From Pseudomonadota bacterium (lineage in GTDB: Bacteria > Pseudomonadota > Alphaproteobacteria > UBA2136 > UBA6156), in the NCBI GenBank assembly GCA_016125035.1, contig WGMN01000002.1:17790-81789 (forward strand): a stretch of 64,000 nucleotides of DNA. Direction: 5' to 3'. The translations under genes and the position numbers were made by a program. Each line of letters starts with the position of its first letter. Positions within the stretch are counted from its first letter, which is position 1. Of the stretch, positions 47,182 to 56,477 are shown piece after piece. Under the pieces are notes generated by a model. It was not told the DNA's origin. It saw only the letters and a list, made by a program, of their open reading frames with translations, and searched no databases.

Positions 47182-48033
47182 TTACTTTTCTTCCCCGGCC
47201 GCGGGGTAACACCCCAAAATCTTTACCGATTCACTAAAAAACCCCAGCTCCTCCAGGCTCTGCCGCATCGCCGCGCTCTCCACATGGCCGCGACAATCAG
47301 CATAAAACTGCGCCACCCTAAAGCTCCCCCCCAAAATATAACTCTCCAACTTCGTCAAATTCACCCCGTTGGTGGCAAACCCGCCCAAAGCCTTAAACAA
47401 GGCCCCCGGCACATCCCGCAGCCTAAAAATTAAAGTCGTCACACAAGGCACCTCCAGCGGCGGCTGCCACTGCTCACGCCCCAGACAGATAAACCGCGTG
47501 GTGTTGTGGCCCTCATCGTTCAGGTTGCCGTCCAGAACCTCCAGGCCATAAACCTCGGCGGCCAACCTGCTGGCCACGGCAGCCTGGGCCTTGTCGCCAG
47601 CCTCCGCCACCATGCGCGCGGCACCGGCGGTATCAGCAGCGGCCACCGCGGCAATCCCCATCTCCACCAAACGGCGGCGACACTGTTCCAACGCCGGCGG
47701 CTGGCTTAGCGCCCGCTTCACATCTTGTAATTTCGCCCCTTTCACCCCCAGCAAGCAGTGCCTAACCGCCAAATAGTGCTCGCCTAAAATACGCAGGTCC
47801 GTGCGCGGCATAATATGATGAATATCCGGTATCCGCCCCATGGTGGAATTCTCCACCGGAATCACCGCCCCCTCGGCCCCACCACTACCCACAGCCTCAA
47901 GCGCCGCCTCAAACGTGGCGTTGAACATCACCTCTGCCTGCGGGCAAATCTGTCCTGCTGCCATGTGGGAATACGACCCGGCGGCCCCCTGTATCGCCAC
48001 TTTTTTCCACTGTTTTACCGGCCACTCGTTCAT
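47182..48033 (-). CDS. pheA: prephenate dehydratase
   Basis: It has a PDT domain followed by a C-terminal ACT domain. Confidence 0.88.
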   Translation of the reverse strand: MNEWPVKQWKKVAIQGAAGSYSHMAAGQICPQAEVMFNATFEAALEAVGSGGAEGAVIPVENSTMGRIPDIHHIMPRTDLRILGEHYLAVRHCLLGVKGAKLQDVKRALSQPPALEQCRRRLVEMGIAAVAAADTAGAARMVAEAGDKAQAAVASRLAAEVYGLEVLDGNLNDEGHNTTRFICLGREQWQPPLEVPCVTTLIFRLRDVPGALFKALGGFATNGVNLTKLESYILGGSFRVAQFYADCRGHVESAAMRQSLEELGFFSESVKILGCYPAAGEEK

Positions 48034-48047
48034 GCACGCCTCCGTTA

Positions 48048-49688
48048 TCAGGCCTGCACCTTAATCTCCACGGTGGAAAAACGGAAGGTGTTCTTACCCG
48101 ATTGCTTAGCGCTATACATGGCATTATCGGCCTTTTTCATCAAATCCGCGGCCTGGGCGCCGTCCTGCGGGTACAAGGCAATGCCAATACTGGTGCCCAC
48201 CTTGCTGGCTATCTTGCCGCTCAGGTCGTAGGGCTCACGGATGGTCTTCAAAATCTTCTCGGCCACCTGCTCCGCATCCCTCCGGTCGCGAATGGCCAGT
48301 ATAATGGTAAACTCATCCCCGCCCAACCGTGCCACGGTGTCGGTCTGGCGCACGCAGGTCTGCAACCGCTGCGCCACCTGTTTCAGCAACATGTCGCCGT
48401 AGTCGTGGCCCATCTGGTCGTTCACCTGCTTAAAGCCGTCCAGGTCAAGGAAGAACAGCGCCACCTTCCCCAACTGCCGATAAGCCTGCGCCAAAGCCAT
48501 ATTCAACCGGTCGTTAAAGAGCTGACGGTTGGGCAAGCCGGTCAGGGCATCGCTATAGGCCAGCGCATTCTCGCGCTCTTCCGCCTGAGCCACCTGCTGA
48601 CGCAACCGCACCGCGTCGGTCATATCCATAACGGTGAAGATATACCCTCCCAACCGTCCTCCGGCATCGTGCCACGGCCTTATATGCCAGTTCAGCACCA
48701 CCTCACGGCCGTTCATCACACGGGGTTCTTCTTCGCGCCCCACCAACTGGCCATGTGCCAGCTGGTTTTCCAGCACTTGCACATCTCCGGGGAAGTCCGG
48801 CACCACATCGCGGTGGTCTTTACGCAGCAGCGGCAAACCCGCCGGCAAGCCCATCACCTCGTGCCACTTGCGCGATACATACAGGTAGCGCCACCCGGCA
48901 TCCAGCACCGCCACCGGGCGCACACTGTCTTCCACCAGCTGGCGCACCAACGCCTCGCTGCTTTGCAAAAAGCCGTGGTCACGGTGCTGGTGGGTCACGT
49001 CACGCAACACAATCGCTACTTCGGTCCCAAGGGGGAACATCCACACCAGCAACCATTGCTGCAAACTCACGGCATGGAATTCCCCTTTCCACACCCGGCC
49101 ATCCAGCATCACTTCAGCCAACTTGCCCATTAACTCTCCGGCGTTCACCACGCTGGAAAGCGGCCGGCCTTCCAGCGTATCAATCAGCGAGTCTGTACGC
49201 TGCGCCAGTTCCATCGCGGCGCGGTTCCAGCGCCTTATACCCTTGGCATTGTCCACCACCAGCCAGGCTTCGGGGGTGGCCTCAAATAGTTCATCCAGCT
49301 TGCGGTTCAACACTTCCCAGCGGCCGCCGTAGTCATCGGCCCGCTCACGCGCCTCGCGCAACGCCTGTTCCACCATGTGGATGCGTTCCAGATAAGCCGT
49401 CAGCTCCTCATCATTGCGGCTTTGCCAGGCCAACCACATCCCCAAAATACCAAACAGCGGTATCACCCACAAAATCCACACCCGGGTCAGCATAAACATC
49501 ACATAGCCCATGTGCCCTTCAAGGGTTCCCTGGCCGCCATAAGCGTATTCAGTCCAATAAATTTCGGCCAATTCACCCACATTGGGCAACGGCAAAAGCT
49601 GGAACATCTCCGCCAGCCCGGCCACCGCCACGGCAGTAAACAAGATGCCAAGCAGCACCATCAGCAACCGGCGGGTAAGGTTATTCAT
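48048..49688 (-). CDS. PAS-domain sensor diguanylate cyclase (GGDEF)
   Basis: The internal start MNNLTRRLLMVLLGILF is followed by two TM helices, PAS domains and a GGDEF domain (RLGGDEFTIIL). Confidence 0.8.
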   Translation of the reverse strand: MNNLTRRLLMVLLGILFTAVAVAGLAEMFQLLPLPNVGELAEIYWTEYAYGGQGTLEGHMGYVMFMLTRVWILWVIPLFGILGMWLAWQSRNDEELTAYLERIHMVEQALREARERADDYGGRWEVLNRKLDELFEATPEAWLVVDNAKGIRRWNRAAMELAQRTDSLIDTLEGRPLSSVVNAGELMGKLAEVMLDGRVWKGEFHAVSLQQWLLVWMFPLGTEVAIVLRDVTHQHRDHGFLQSSEALVRQLVEDSVRPVAVLDAGWRYLYVSRKWHEVMGLPAGLPLLRKDHRDVVPDFPGDVQVLENQLAHGQLVGREEEPRVMNGREVVLNWHIRPWHDAGGRLGGYIFTVMDMTDAVRLRQQVAQAEERENALAYSDALTGLPNRQLFNDRLNMALAQAYRQLGKVALFFLDLDGFKQVNDQMGHDYGDMLLKQVAQRLQTCVRQTDTVARLGGDEFTIILAIRDRRDAEQVAEKILKTIREPYDLSGKIASKVGTSIGIALYPQDGAQAADLMKKADNAMYSAKQSGKNTFRFSTVEIKVQA

Positions 49689-49757
49689 TGTTCTTGGTTG
49701 TGTTCTCCGGGTTGAAAGGTAGAATATCCCGGTCATCAGCTCAACCGGAAAAGGCCC

Positions 49758-51797
49758 ATGCCCCGCTTTATCCTCGCCCTCTGTCTGCTTCTCGCCACCA
49801 CCTGTGGCGCCGCCCACGCTCAAACCAGCACCACGGAAGACACCCCGGCGGATGATTCCCTCGCCGCCCCTGCCACTTCGGTCTCCGACCAGAACGGCAA
49901 CCCGGTCATCCAAACCCAGCTCATCGCCAGCCACAGCAGCGCCACGCCTGGCCAGACCATCACCCTGGCGTGGTCGTTCACGCTCTCGCCGCACTGGCAT
50001 ATTTACTGGAAGAACGCCGGCGACTCCGGCCTACCGCCAGAACTCTCGGCCGAGGAAGGCTCGCTGGGCCCGCTCACCTTCCCCCTGCCCAAGATCATCC
50101 CCATCGAGCCCCTCACCAACTACGGCTATGAAGATGCCGTCACCTTCACCATCCCCTACACCGTCCCAGACAGCATCGACAAAGGCGACCACACCCTCAA
50201 CTTCGCCGGAAACTTCCTCTATTGCAATGATATCTGCCTGCCCGGCACCGTTAAGTTAGAGCTCCCCCTCACCGTCGCCTCCACAGCTGAAGAAAACCCA
50301 GATTTCCACCCCGTGCAAAACCTCGCGCAGGCCATGCCGGCGGGGGCAAGCGCCTACCAGACCTCCACCACCATCCAGCTGGTGCTGCCGGCCACCGTGG
50401 CGGCCTCAAGCCCGCATTTCATCCCGTCCGAGAACGGTATTATCGAGGACGCCGCCCCGCAGTCCCTCAACGGTACCACCCTCTCCATCCGCAAAGACCC
50501 TACCTCCACCCTGCAGGTAGATTCCCTCCACGGCCTGGTGCTGGCCGGCGCCACCGGCTATACGGTCTCGCTGCCCTTCAGCGCGGGCTTCCCGCCTTCT
50601 GCCGCCGCCCCCATGGATATCCCCACCATGCCCGCCGCGCTGCTCTTCGCTTTCCTTGCCGGGCTCATCCTCAACCTCATGCCCTGCGTGCTGCCGGTGC
50701 TCAGCCTCAAAGTGCTGCACCTCATCCGCCACCACCATGGCGCCGACCGTATCCACCACACGCTGGCCTACACCCTCGGCGTGCTCGGCAGCTTTTGGGC
50801 CTTTGCCATCCTCATCGCCGTGCTCAACGCCGGCGGTGCCAATCTGGGCTGGGGCTTCCACCTGCAAAACCCCACCTTCGTCGCCGTACTCTCCGGCTTC
50901 ATGGTGGTCATCGCCCTGCTGTTCTTCGGGGTGTTCGAGCTCGGCCGCACCTTCACGCGCCTGGGCGCCACCGGCAACCGCAAAGAGCACACCTGGGCCA
51001 GCTTCGCCACCGGCGTGCTGGCGGTGGTGGTCGCCACACCTTGCACCGTGCCGTTCATGGGCGCGGCCATGGCCTATGCGCTTACCCAATCCTTCGCCGC
51101 CAGCCTGGCCATCTTTACCGCCATCGGCCTGGGCATGGCCGCACCTTTCCTGCTCACCGTGGCCTTCCCCCGCCTTCTCAAGTGGCTGCCCAAACCCGGC
51201 GCCTGGATGGAAACCTTCAAACACCTCCTGGCCTGGCCCATGCTGCTCACCGCGCTGTGGCTCATCTACGTCTTCGCCAACCAAACCGATACCTTCTCCA
51301 CCTTCCTGCTGCTGCTGCTTCTGCTGGCGGTCAGCTTCCTGCTGTGGCTCTACGGCCTTAAGCACAAGGGCTGGCAGGGCCTGGCCGCCACGGTGCTCAT
51401 CGTCACCGGCTTCATCGGCCTGCACCAGCACATCACCATGCCAGAATCTGCCGACATGCCCTGGCAAGACTGGTCGGCCCAAACGGTGGCCGAAGCCCGC
51501 ACCCAACGTCCGGTGTTCGTCGACTTCACCGCCGACTGGTGCATCACCTGCAAGGTCACCGAGGCCACCGTGCTCTCCACCAACCGCGTCAAGGCGCTGT
51601 TCACCAAGTACAACGTGCTGCCCTTAAAGGCCGACTGGACCAACCAGGATTCCGTCATCACCGAAGAGCTCGAGCACCACGGCCGCAAAGGCGTGCCACT
51701 GTTCCTGCTCTACCTGCCGGGCGAGGCCTCGGCGCGCATCCTGCCGCAACTCATCACCCCCGGCCTGCTGGAAAAAGCGCTCTCAACCAAACATTAG
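49758..51797 (+). CDS. dsbD: thiol:disulfide interchange protein DsbD family
   Basis: It has a signal peptide, a periplasmic N-domain with CNDICLPG, a TM core and a C-terminal thioredoxin domain (DWCITCK). Confidence 0.85.
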   Translation: MPRFILALCLLLATTCGAAHAQTSTTEDTPADDSLAAPATSVSDQNGNPVIQTQLIASHSSATPGQTITLAWSFTLSPHWHIYWKNAGDSGLPPELSAEEGSLGPLTFPLPKIIPIEPLTNYGYEDAVTFTIPYTVPDSIDKGDHTLNFAGNFLYCNDICLPGTVKLELPLTVASTAEENPDFHPVQNLAQAMPAGASAYQTSTTIQLVLPATVAASSPHFIPSENGIIEDAAPQSLNGTTLSIRKDPTSTLQVDSLHGLVLAGATGYTVSLPFSAGFPPSAAAPMDIPTMPAALLFAFLAGLILNLMPCVLPVLSLKVLHLIRHHHGADRIHHTLAYTLGVLGSFWAFAILIAVLNAGGANLGWGFHLQNPTFVAVLSGFMVVIALLFFGVFELGRTFTRLGATGNRKEHTWASFATGVLAVVVATPCTVPFMGAAMAYALTQSFAASLAIFTAIGLGMAAPFLLTVAFPRLLKWLPKPGAWMETFKHLLAWPMLLTALWLIYVFANQTDTFSTFLLLLLLLAVSFLLWLYGLKHKGWQGLAATVLIVTGFIGLHQHITMPESADMPWQDWSAQTVAEARTQRPVFVDFTADWCITCKVTEATVLSTNRVKALFTKYNVLPLKADWTNQDSVITEELEHHGRKGVPLFLLYLPGEASARILPQLITPGLLEKALSTKH

Positions 51798-51803
51798 GCC
51801 CGC

Positions 51804-52235
51804 TCAGCGCGGCGCCACCGCCACCGCGTCACCCACGGCCACATGGTGGCGCGCGGCCCAGCCACCGTTCATCTCCAGCACGCTGTCGCTGTCCACGCCC
51901 ACATCAATGTTGCTCTCGTCGTAGGGTTGCGCCTGGGCTTTCACGCCCACCACTTTCCCCCCGGCGATAAAAATCATATCCAACGGCAAGGGCGTGTCCT
52001 TCATCCAAAAAATGTGCCGGTCTGCCGTGTCCCACACAAAAAGCATGCCCTGGTCTTCGGCCATCACCTGGCGCCCCATCAAACCATGCTCACGCTCGGC
52101 GTCGGTATCGGCCACTTCGGCCTCTACCTTGGCCTGCCCCACCTGCACATGCACCTCAGGCAAGGCCTGCGCTTGCTCTCCGCAACCAGCCAGCAGCAAA
52201 CCAGCCACCACCCAACAACCTGCCGCCGCCCTCAT
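51804..52235 (-). CDS. DUF192 domain lipoprotein
   Basis: The 143 aa product has a lipobox (LLLAGC) and a DUF192 core. Confidence 0.65.
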   Translation of the reverse strand: MRAAAGCWVVAGLLLAGCGEQAQALPEVHVQVGQAKVEAEVADTDAEREHGLMGRQVMAEDQGMLFVWDTADRHIFWMKDTPLPLDMIFIAGGKVVGVKAQAQPYDESNIDVGVDSDSVLEMNGGWAARHHVAVGDAVAVAPR

Positions 52236-55200
52236 TGCGTCAACCCCCGCCAGATGTCCTTCAAAAGCCCGGGCGTTAAAACCGAGAGCGGCCGCACATT
52301 AATCTGCGGGTCGGCGGTGGTGCCCTTCAATTTAAAGTCAGCCACCACCACGCCTTCCTGGCTGCCGGTCAAAATGGTGCCGATCAGCGGTATCTTGCTC
52401 ACCAGCCTGTTCAGCGGGATCGCCGGCGCCAACCGGCCATCCAGGTCCATCTGCTGGCTGTCGCGCACATAGGTACCATCCAGCCCCAGCGTCATGCTCG
52501 GCCCTTCAAAGCTGGCATGGTCAAGGTGCAAAAGGTTGCCGTCCAGGCGCAGCGGCACCACCGCGGTATTAAACAAAATGGTATCCGTCCCGGCCACCAA
52601 CTGCTCAAGGGAAATAAGCGAGAGCAAGCGCATCAAAAGCGGCGGGTCCTTCAGCTCAAATTTCTCAATGTGCAACTCACCCTTGCCCTTGTCGGGGGTG
52701 TCGTAGGTTATGTCACCCCACAACTTACCGCCGCGCAAAGGCTCATAAAGCCCCATGGTGTTCAAGGCCGCGCCCAGGTTATCAATATTCAGCATCAGTT
52801 TGCGCTTGCCGCCAGCCAACCCTGTGCTGCGGATATTCACCTTATCCGCTCCCACATTCCCCACAAAACGCTCAATGTCCCACCGTCCGTCCACCGCTTT
52901 CAAGCGCGCATCAACACCTGTCAACTGCCCGCCCTTCATCACCAACGTGTCCACCTTCAATCCCAACGAGAGGTTCTTAACAGCATCCGCGCCCTTGTCA
53001 TCACTGCCGAACAAATCCGCCCCGCTCAAATCCAGCCGCTTACCACTCACATCCGCTTTCTGCGCGGCGTAGTCCACCACAACATCGGTCTTGCCGTAAC
53101 GCAGCGGCTTAAGCTTCACGGTGGTGTCATCCGGCTTACTGGGGTCGTAACTCAAATTGCCTTTGGCCTGCAGATCTTTTCCTTGCAAATCCAAACTGTC
53201 CACGCGCATGCCGCCCCCCTTGGCCACCACACCTTGCACTGCGGCATCAAAGTCGTCGCCGCGGGCCTTGTCATAAGCCAGGCTCGCCACACTCAACTGC
53301 GCCCGCGCGGCATCGGCCTTCACCCCAAAGCGCCAATTGCCACTGGGGGTCTTCACCAGGTTGGCGGCCACCTTCACCACACCTGTCAGGCTCACCCCCT
53401 TGGGGTTACCGGCCTTGGCCAGCAACCAGGCACCATCCACCTGCCCGTCCACGTTCAACATCATGTCCTTGTGCAGGTCGGGGTTAATATTCTCCTGCCA
53501 CACAACCTTCATCGGATTGTCGCCAAACTTGCCATCGCTTTCAATGCGCAAACTCTTGTCCGCAAAAAGCGAAACATCCGCCCGCTCGCCGCTAAAGCTC
53601 TCACCCGCCAGCTCGTCCATGCCGCTTACGCTAAAGTCGCGCACGGTGCTGCTCACGGTCACCAGGCTGTCGGCAAAGGTGGCTTCCTTGCCGTGCTCCA
53701 TGGGCACATCCACGTTTATCCCGGTCTGATGGGTTCCCCCGGCTTTCTTCGGCAAACGGTCTTCGCCTTCCTCCAGTTTGCGCAACTGGTCCAACGCGCC
53801 CTGCAAACTGCCCGCCATGGTGCCAGAAACCAACACATGCGTCGGCTCAGGGCTGAACATCTTGGTCAACGTCACATTCACCGCGCCAAGCTTCTGGTCG
53901 GTAAGGGTGCTGCCCGCCGGCGCCAGCACACTAAACTGCTGCCCACGCCACACAAAGGTGGCCGAGGGCACCACCGCCACATCCAGCCCCGGCAAAAAGC
54001 GCACCTTGCCTCCGTCCACCTGGGTGGTTATCTCAATCGTGCCGCAGGCATCCTCACAGTGGGGGAACACACTCGGCCGCCCGGCAAAACGCGCCTGCAG
54101 GTTATGATATTTCCCCGCCACAATATTCGGCCGCAACCACTCCAGCGCCTTATGGAAGCCGCGCGGCTCGTCGGGGAACAGATCAAACACGCCCTGCATC
54201 TCACCTTCCTCACTGCTGGCGGTCACGTCAAACAACGGGTCGGTGGTCACGTTTTTCACCGTGCCCTGCACCCGCCAAACATTGCCGCGCTTGCTCATAA
54301 AGGCCAGGTCTTTCACCTCCAAAATATCCGTTGGGCTGGGCTGATAAGCCGCGGTCAACGTCAAACGGGGGAAGGTCAACGCCTCGCTAAAACCCTCCGG
54401 CGGCCGCACTGTCACCTTGCTCAGGCGCAAGGTCACCCACGGGCGCCCCAGCACGTTGCCGGGCAACAACGTGGTGCCAACCTCCACGGTGCCGCGCGCA
54501 CGCAAAAGGTCTTGCAACTGGGGGGGGAAGTAATCCGCCAGCAACGCCACATCGGTCTCATCAAAGCGCGCGGTCAAACTGGCATTGTCGGCATCCGCCG
54601 GGTGGTCAAAGGTCACCAGCACCGGCATCGGCAACACCACGCCGTGGTTGGCACCATAAAGGCGCCGAACCCGGGCGGTCAGGCTGCCGCGCTCTCCGTC
54701 GTCGGGGTAACGCGTAAACACCAACCGCCCGTTTTCCATTACCCACTCGGCATCTTGCACATCGTCGCGCAGCAGCAGGTTCACCTGGTCAATCTTCACA
54801 TCCTTCATGCGGCCCCACATGCCGTTCAGCTGCAAACCGTTCAACCATTCCACCAGGCCGGGCTGGGCCGCGCTGCTCTCTTGCTGCTTCATTCCCGCCA
54901 GGCCCACACCGTCGGCACCGCGCACCAGGCGCAGCGTCACCCCCTTCGCCTCAATAATCTTCGGCGCCGCCTGCAATAAAAACAACCTCCGGTTGGCAAG
55001 CTTAATCGCCGCCTGCTCCACATACACCGCGGGCTCGCCGTTCTCACCTTGCACCGTCACGTCGGTCACCCGCACCACCGGCGCATCGTCGTAGAACACC
55101 TCCATGTGGCCAAAGGTCACATTCAACCCCTGCCCGGCCAGATACTTCTCAATCCGCGGCAGATAAGGCGCCATGTCCAACGGGTGCGCACGGCTGTAGC

Positions 55201-55315
55201 GCGCCGCCAGCCAAAACAAACCACTGCCCACACCTGCACACACCAACGCCGCCAGCAACAGGCTGGTCCACCCCGCCCATTTTATCGCGTGCCAGTGCCA
55301 GCGTTGCAGTTTCAT
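52232..55315 (-). CDS. AsmA-like / YhdP-type large envelope protein (DUF3971)
   Basis: The 1027 aa product has an N-terminal TM anchor and a long beta-rich body. Confidence 0.65.
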   Translation of the reverse strand: MKLQRWHWHAIKWAGWTSLLLAALVCAGVGSGLFWLAARYSRAHPLDMAPYLPRIEKYLAGQGLNVTFGHMEVFYDDAPVVRVTDVTVQGENGEPAVYVEQAAIKLANRRLFLLQAAPKIIEAKGVTLRLVRGADGVGLAGMKQQESSAAQPGLVEWLNGLQLNGMWGRMKDVKIDQVNLLLRDDVQDAEWVMENGRLVFTRYPDDGERGSLTARVRRLYGANHGVVLPMPVLVTFDHPADADNASLTARFDETDVALLADYFPPQLQDLLRARGTVEVGTTLLPGNVLGRPWVTLRLSKVTVRPPEGFSEALTFPRLTLTAAYQPSPTDILEVKDLAFMSKRGNVWRVQGTVKNVTTDPLFDVTASSEEGEMQGVFDLFPDEPRGFHKALEWLRPNIVAGKYHNLQARFAGRPSVFPHCEDACGTIEITTQVDGGKVRFLPGLDVAVVPSATFVWRGQQFSVLAPAGSTLTDQKLGAVNVTLTKMFSPEPTHVLVSGTMAGSLQGALDQLRKLEEGEDRLPKKAGGTHQTGINVDVPMEHGKEATFADSLVTVSSTVRDFSVSGMDELAGESFSGERADVSLFADKSLRIESDGKFGDNPMKVVWQENINPDLHKDMMLNVDGQVDGAWLLAKAGNPKGVSLTGVVKVAANLVKTPSGNWRFGVKADAARAQLSVASLAYDKARGDDFDAAVQGVVAKGGGMRVDSLDLQGKDLQAKGNLSYDPSKPDDTTVKLKPLRYGKTDVVVDYAAQKADVSGKRLDLSGADLFGSDDKGADAVKNLSLGLKVDTLVMKGGQLTGVDARLKAVDGRWDIERFVGNVGADKVNIRSTGLAGGKRKLMLNIDNLGAALNTMGLYEPLRGGKLWGDITYDTPDKGKGELHIEKFELKDPPLLMRLLSLISLEQLVAGTDTILFNTAVVPLRLDGNLLHLDHASFEGPSMTLGLDGTYVRDSQQMDLDGRLAPAIPLNRLVSKIPLIGTILTGSQEGVVVADFKLKGTTADPQINVRPLSVLTPGLLKDIWRGLTQ

Positions 55316-56428
55316 GCCTCGTCCCGCTTGTTTCCCACTTTGGCGGCCAAGGCGGCCCTAATAAAATCATCAATATCCCCGTCCAGAACGGCACCCGTAT
55401 TGCTGGTCTCCACACTGGTGCGCAGGTCTTTCACCATCTGGTAGGGCTGCAACACATAGCTGCGTATCTGGTGCCCCCAACCAATGTCGCTCTTGCCGGC
55501 CTCCACCGCATCGCGGGTTTCCTCCTGCTTGCGCAACTCATGCTCGTACAAACGCGCCTTCAGCATCTGCATCGCAATGTCCTTGTTACGGTGTTGGCTT
55601 CGGTCCTGCTGGCTGGCCACCACAATGTTGGTCGGCACGTGGGTTATGCGTACCGCGCTCTCCACCTTGTTCACGTTCTGCCCGCCCGGCCCGCTGCTGC
55701 GGTAGGTGTCAATGCGCAGGTCGGCGGGGTTTATTTCAATGGTAATGCTGTCATCGATCTGCGGGTAAACAAACACACTGGCAAAGCTGGTATGGCGCCG
55801 CGCATTGCTGTCAAAGGGGCTTATGCGCACCAGGCGGTGCACACCGGTTTCGGTTTTAGCCATGCCGTAGGCAAACATCCCTTCCACCAAAATTGTCGCG
55901 CTTTTTACTCCCACCTGGTCACCTTCCATGCGGTCCACCATGCTCACCTTAAAGCCTTCACGCTCGGCCCAGCGGGTGTACATGCGCAGCAACATGCCCG
56001 CCCAGTCGCAACTCTCGGTGCCCCCCGCCCCGGCGTGGATCTCAACAAACGCATTGTTGCCATCGGCCTCGCCGCCCAGCAAACACTGGGTCTCCAGCTT
56101 GGCCGCTTCGGCCACCAGGGCCTGCAATTCCTTCTCCCCCTCGCCAATGCTTGCCGCATCGTTCTCGGCTTCGCCCAACTCCAGCAGCGTCACCGCATCG
56201 TCCAGCCGCCGCACAATCCCGTCGTAAGTGCCAAGCTGGGCTTCCAGCCTGCTCTTTTCTTGCATCACCACCTTGGCCTTGGCGGCATCTTGCCACAACG
56301 CACCGTCGGCCGCGGCAGCTTCCAACTCCTCTAACCTTCCCCGCGCACGCTCCAGGTCAAAGAGACCTCCCGAGCAGGCCCACCGCCTGTTCAATCTGCC
56401 CAACCAAAGCCTTGTGTTCCGCCTGCAT
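55312..56428 (-). CDS. prfB: peptide chain release factor 2 (programmed +1 frameshift)
   Basis: Frame 0 runs from ATG 56428 (MQAEHKALVGQIEQAVGLLGRSL) to an in-frame TGA at 56357-56359 inside CTT TGA C. The +1 frame then continues DLERARGRLEEL... with the SPF and GGQ motifs. A GGGAGG SD-like element lies 3 nt upstream of the slip site. Confidence 0.9.
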
Positions 56429-56477
56429 AGCGTCTCCCTTTGCCCTTTAATCTAGCACTTGCGCCCTAAAAGCTGAA

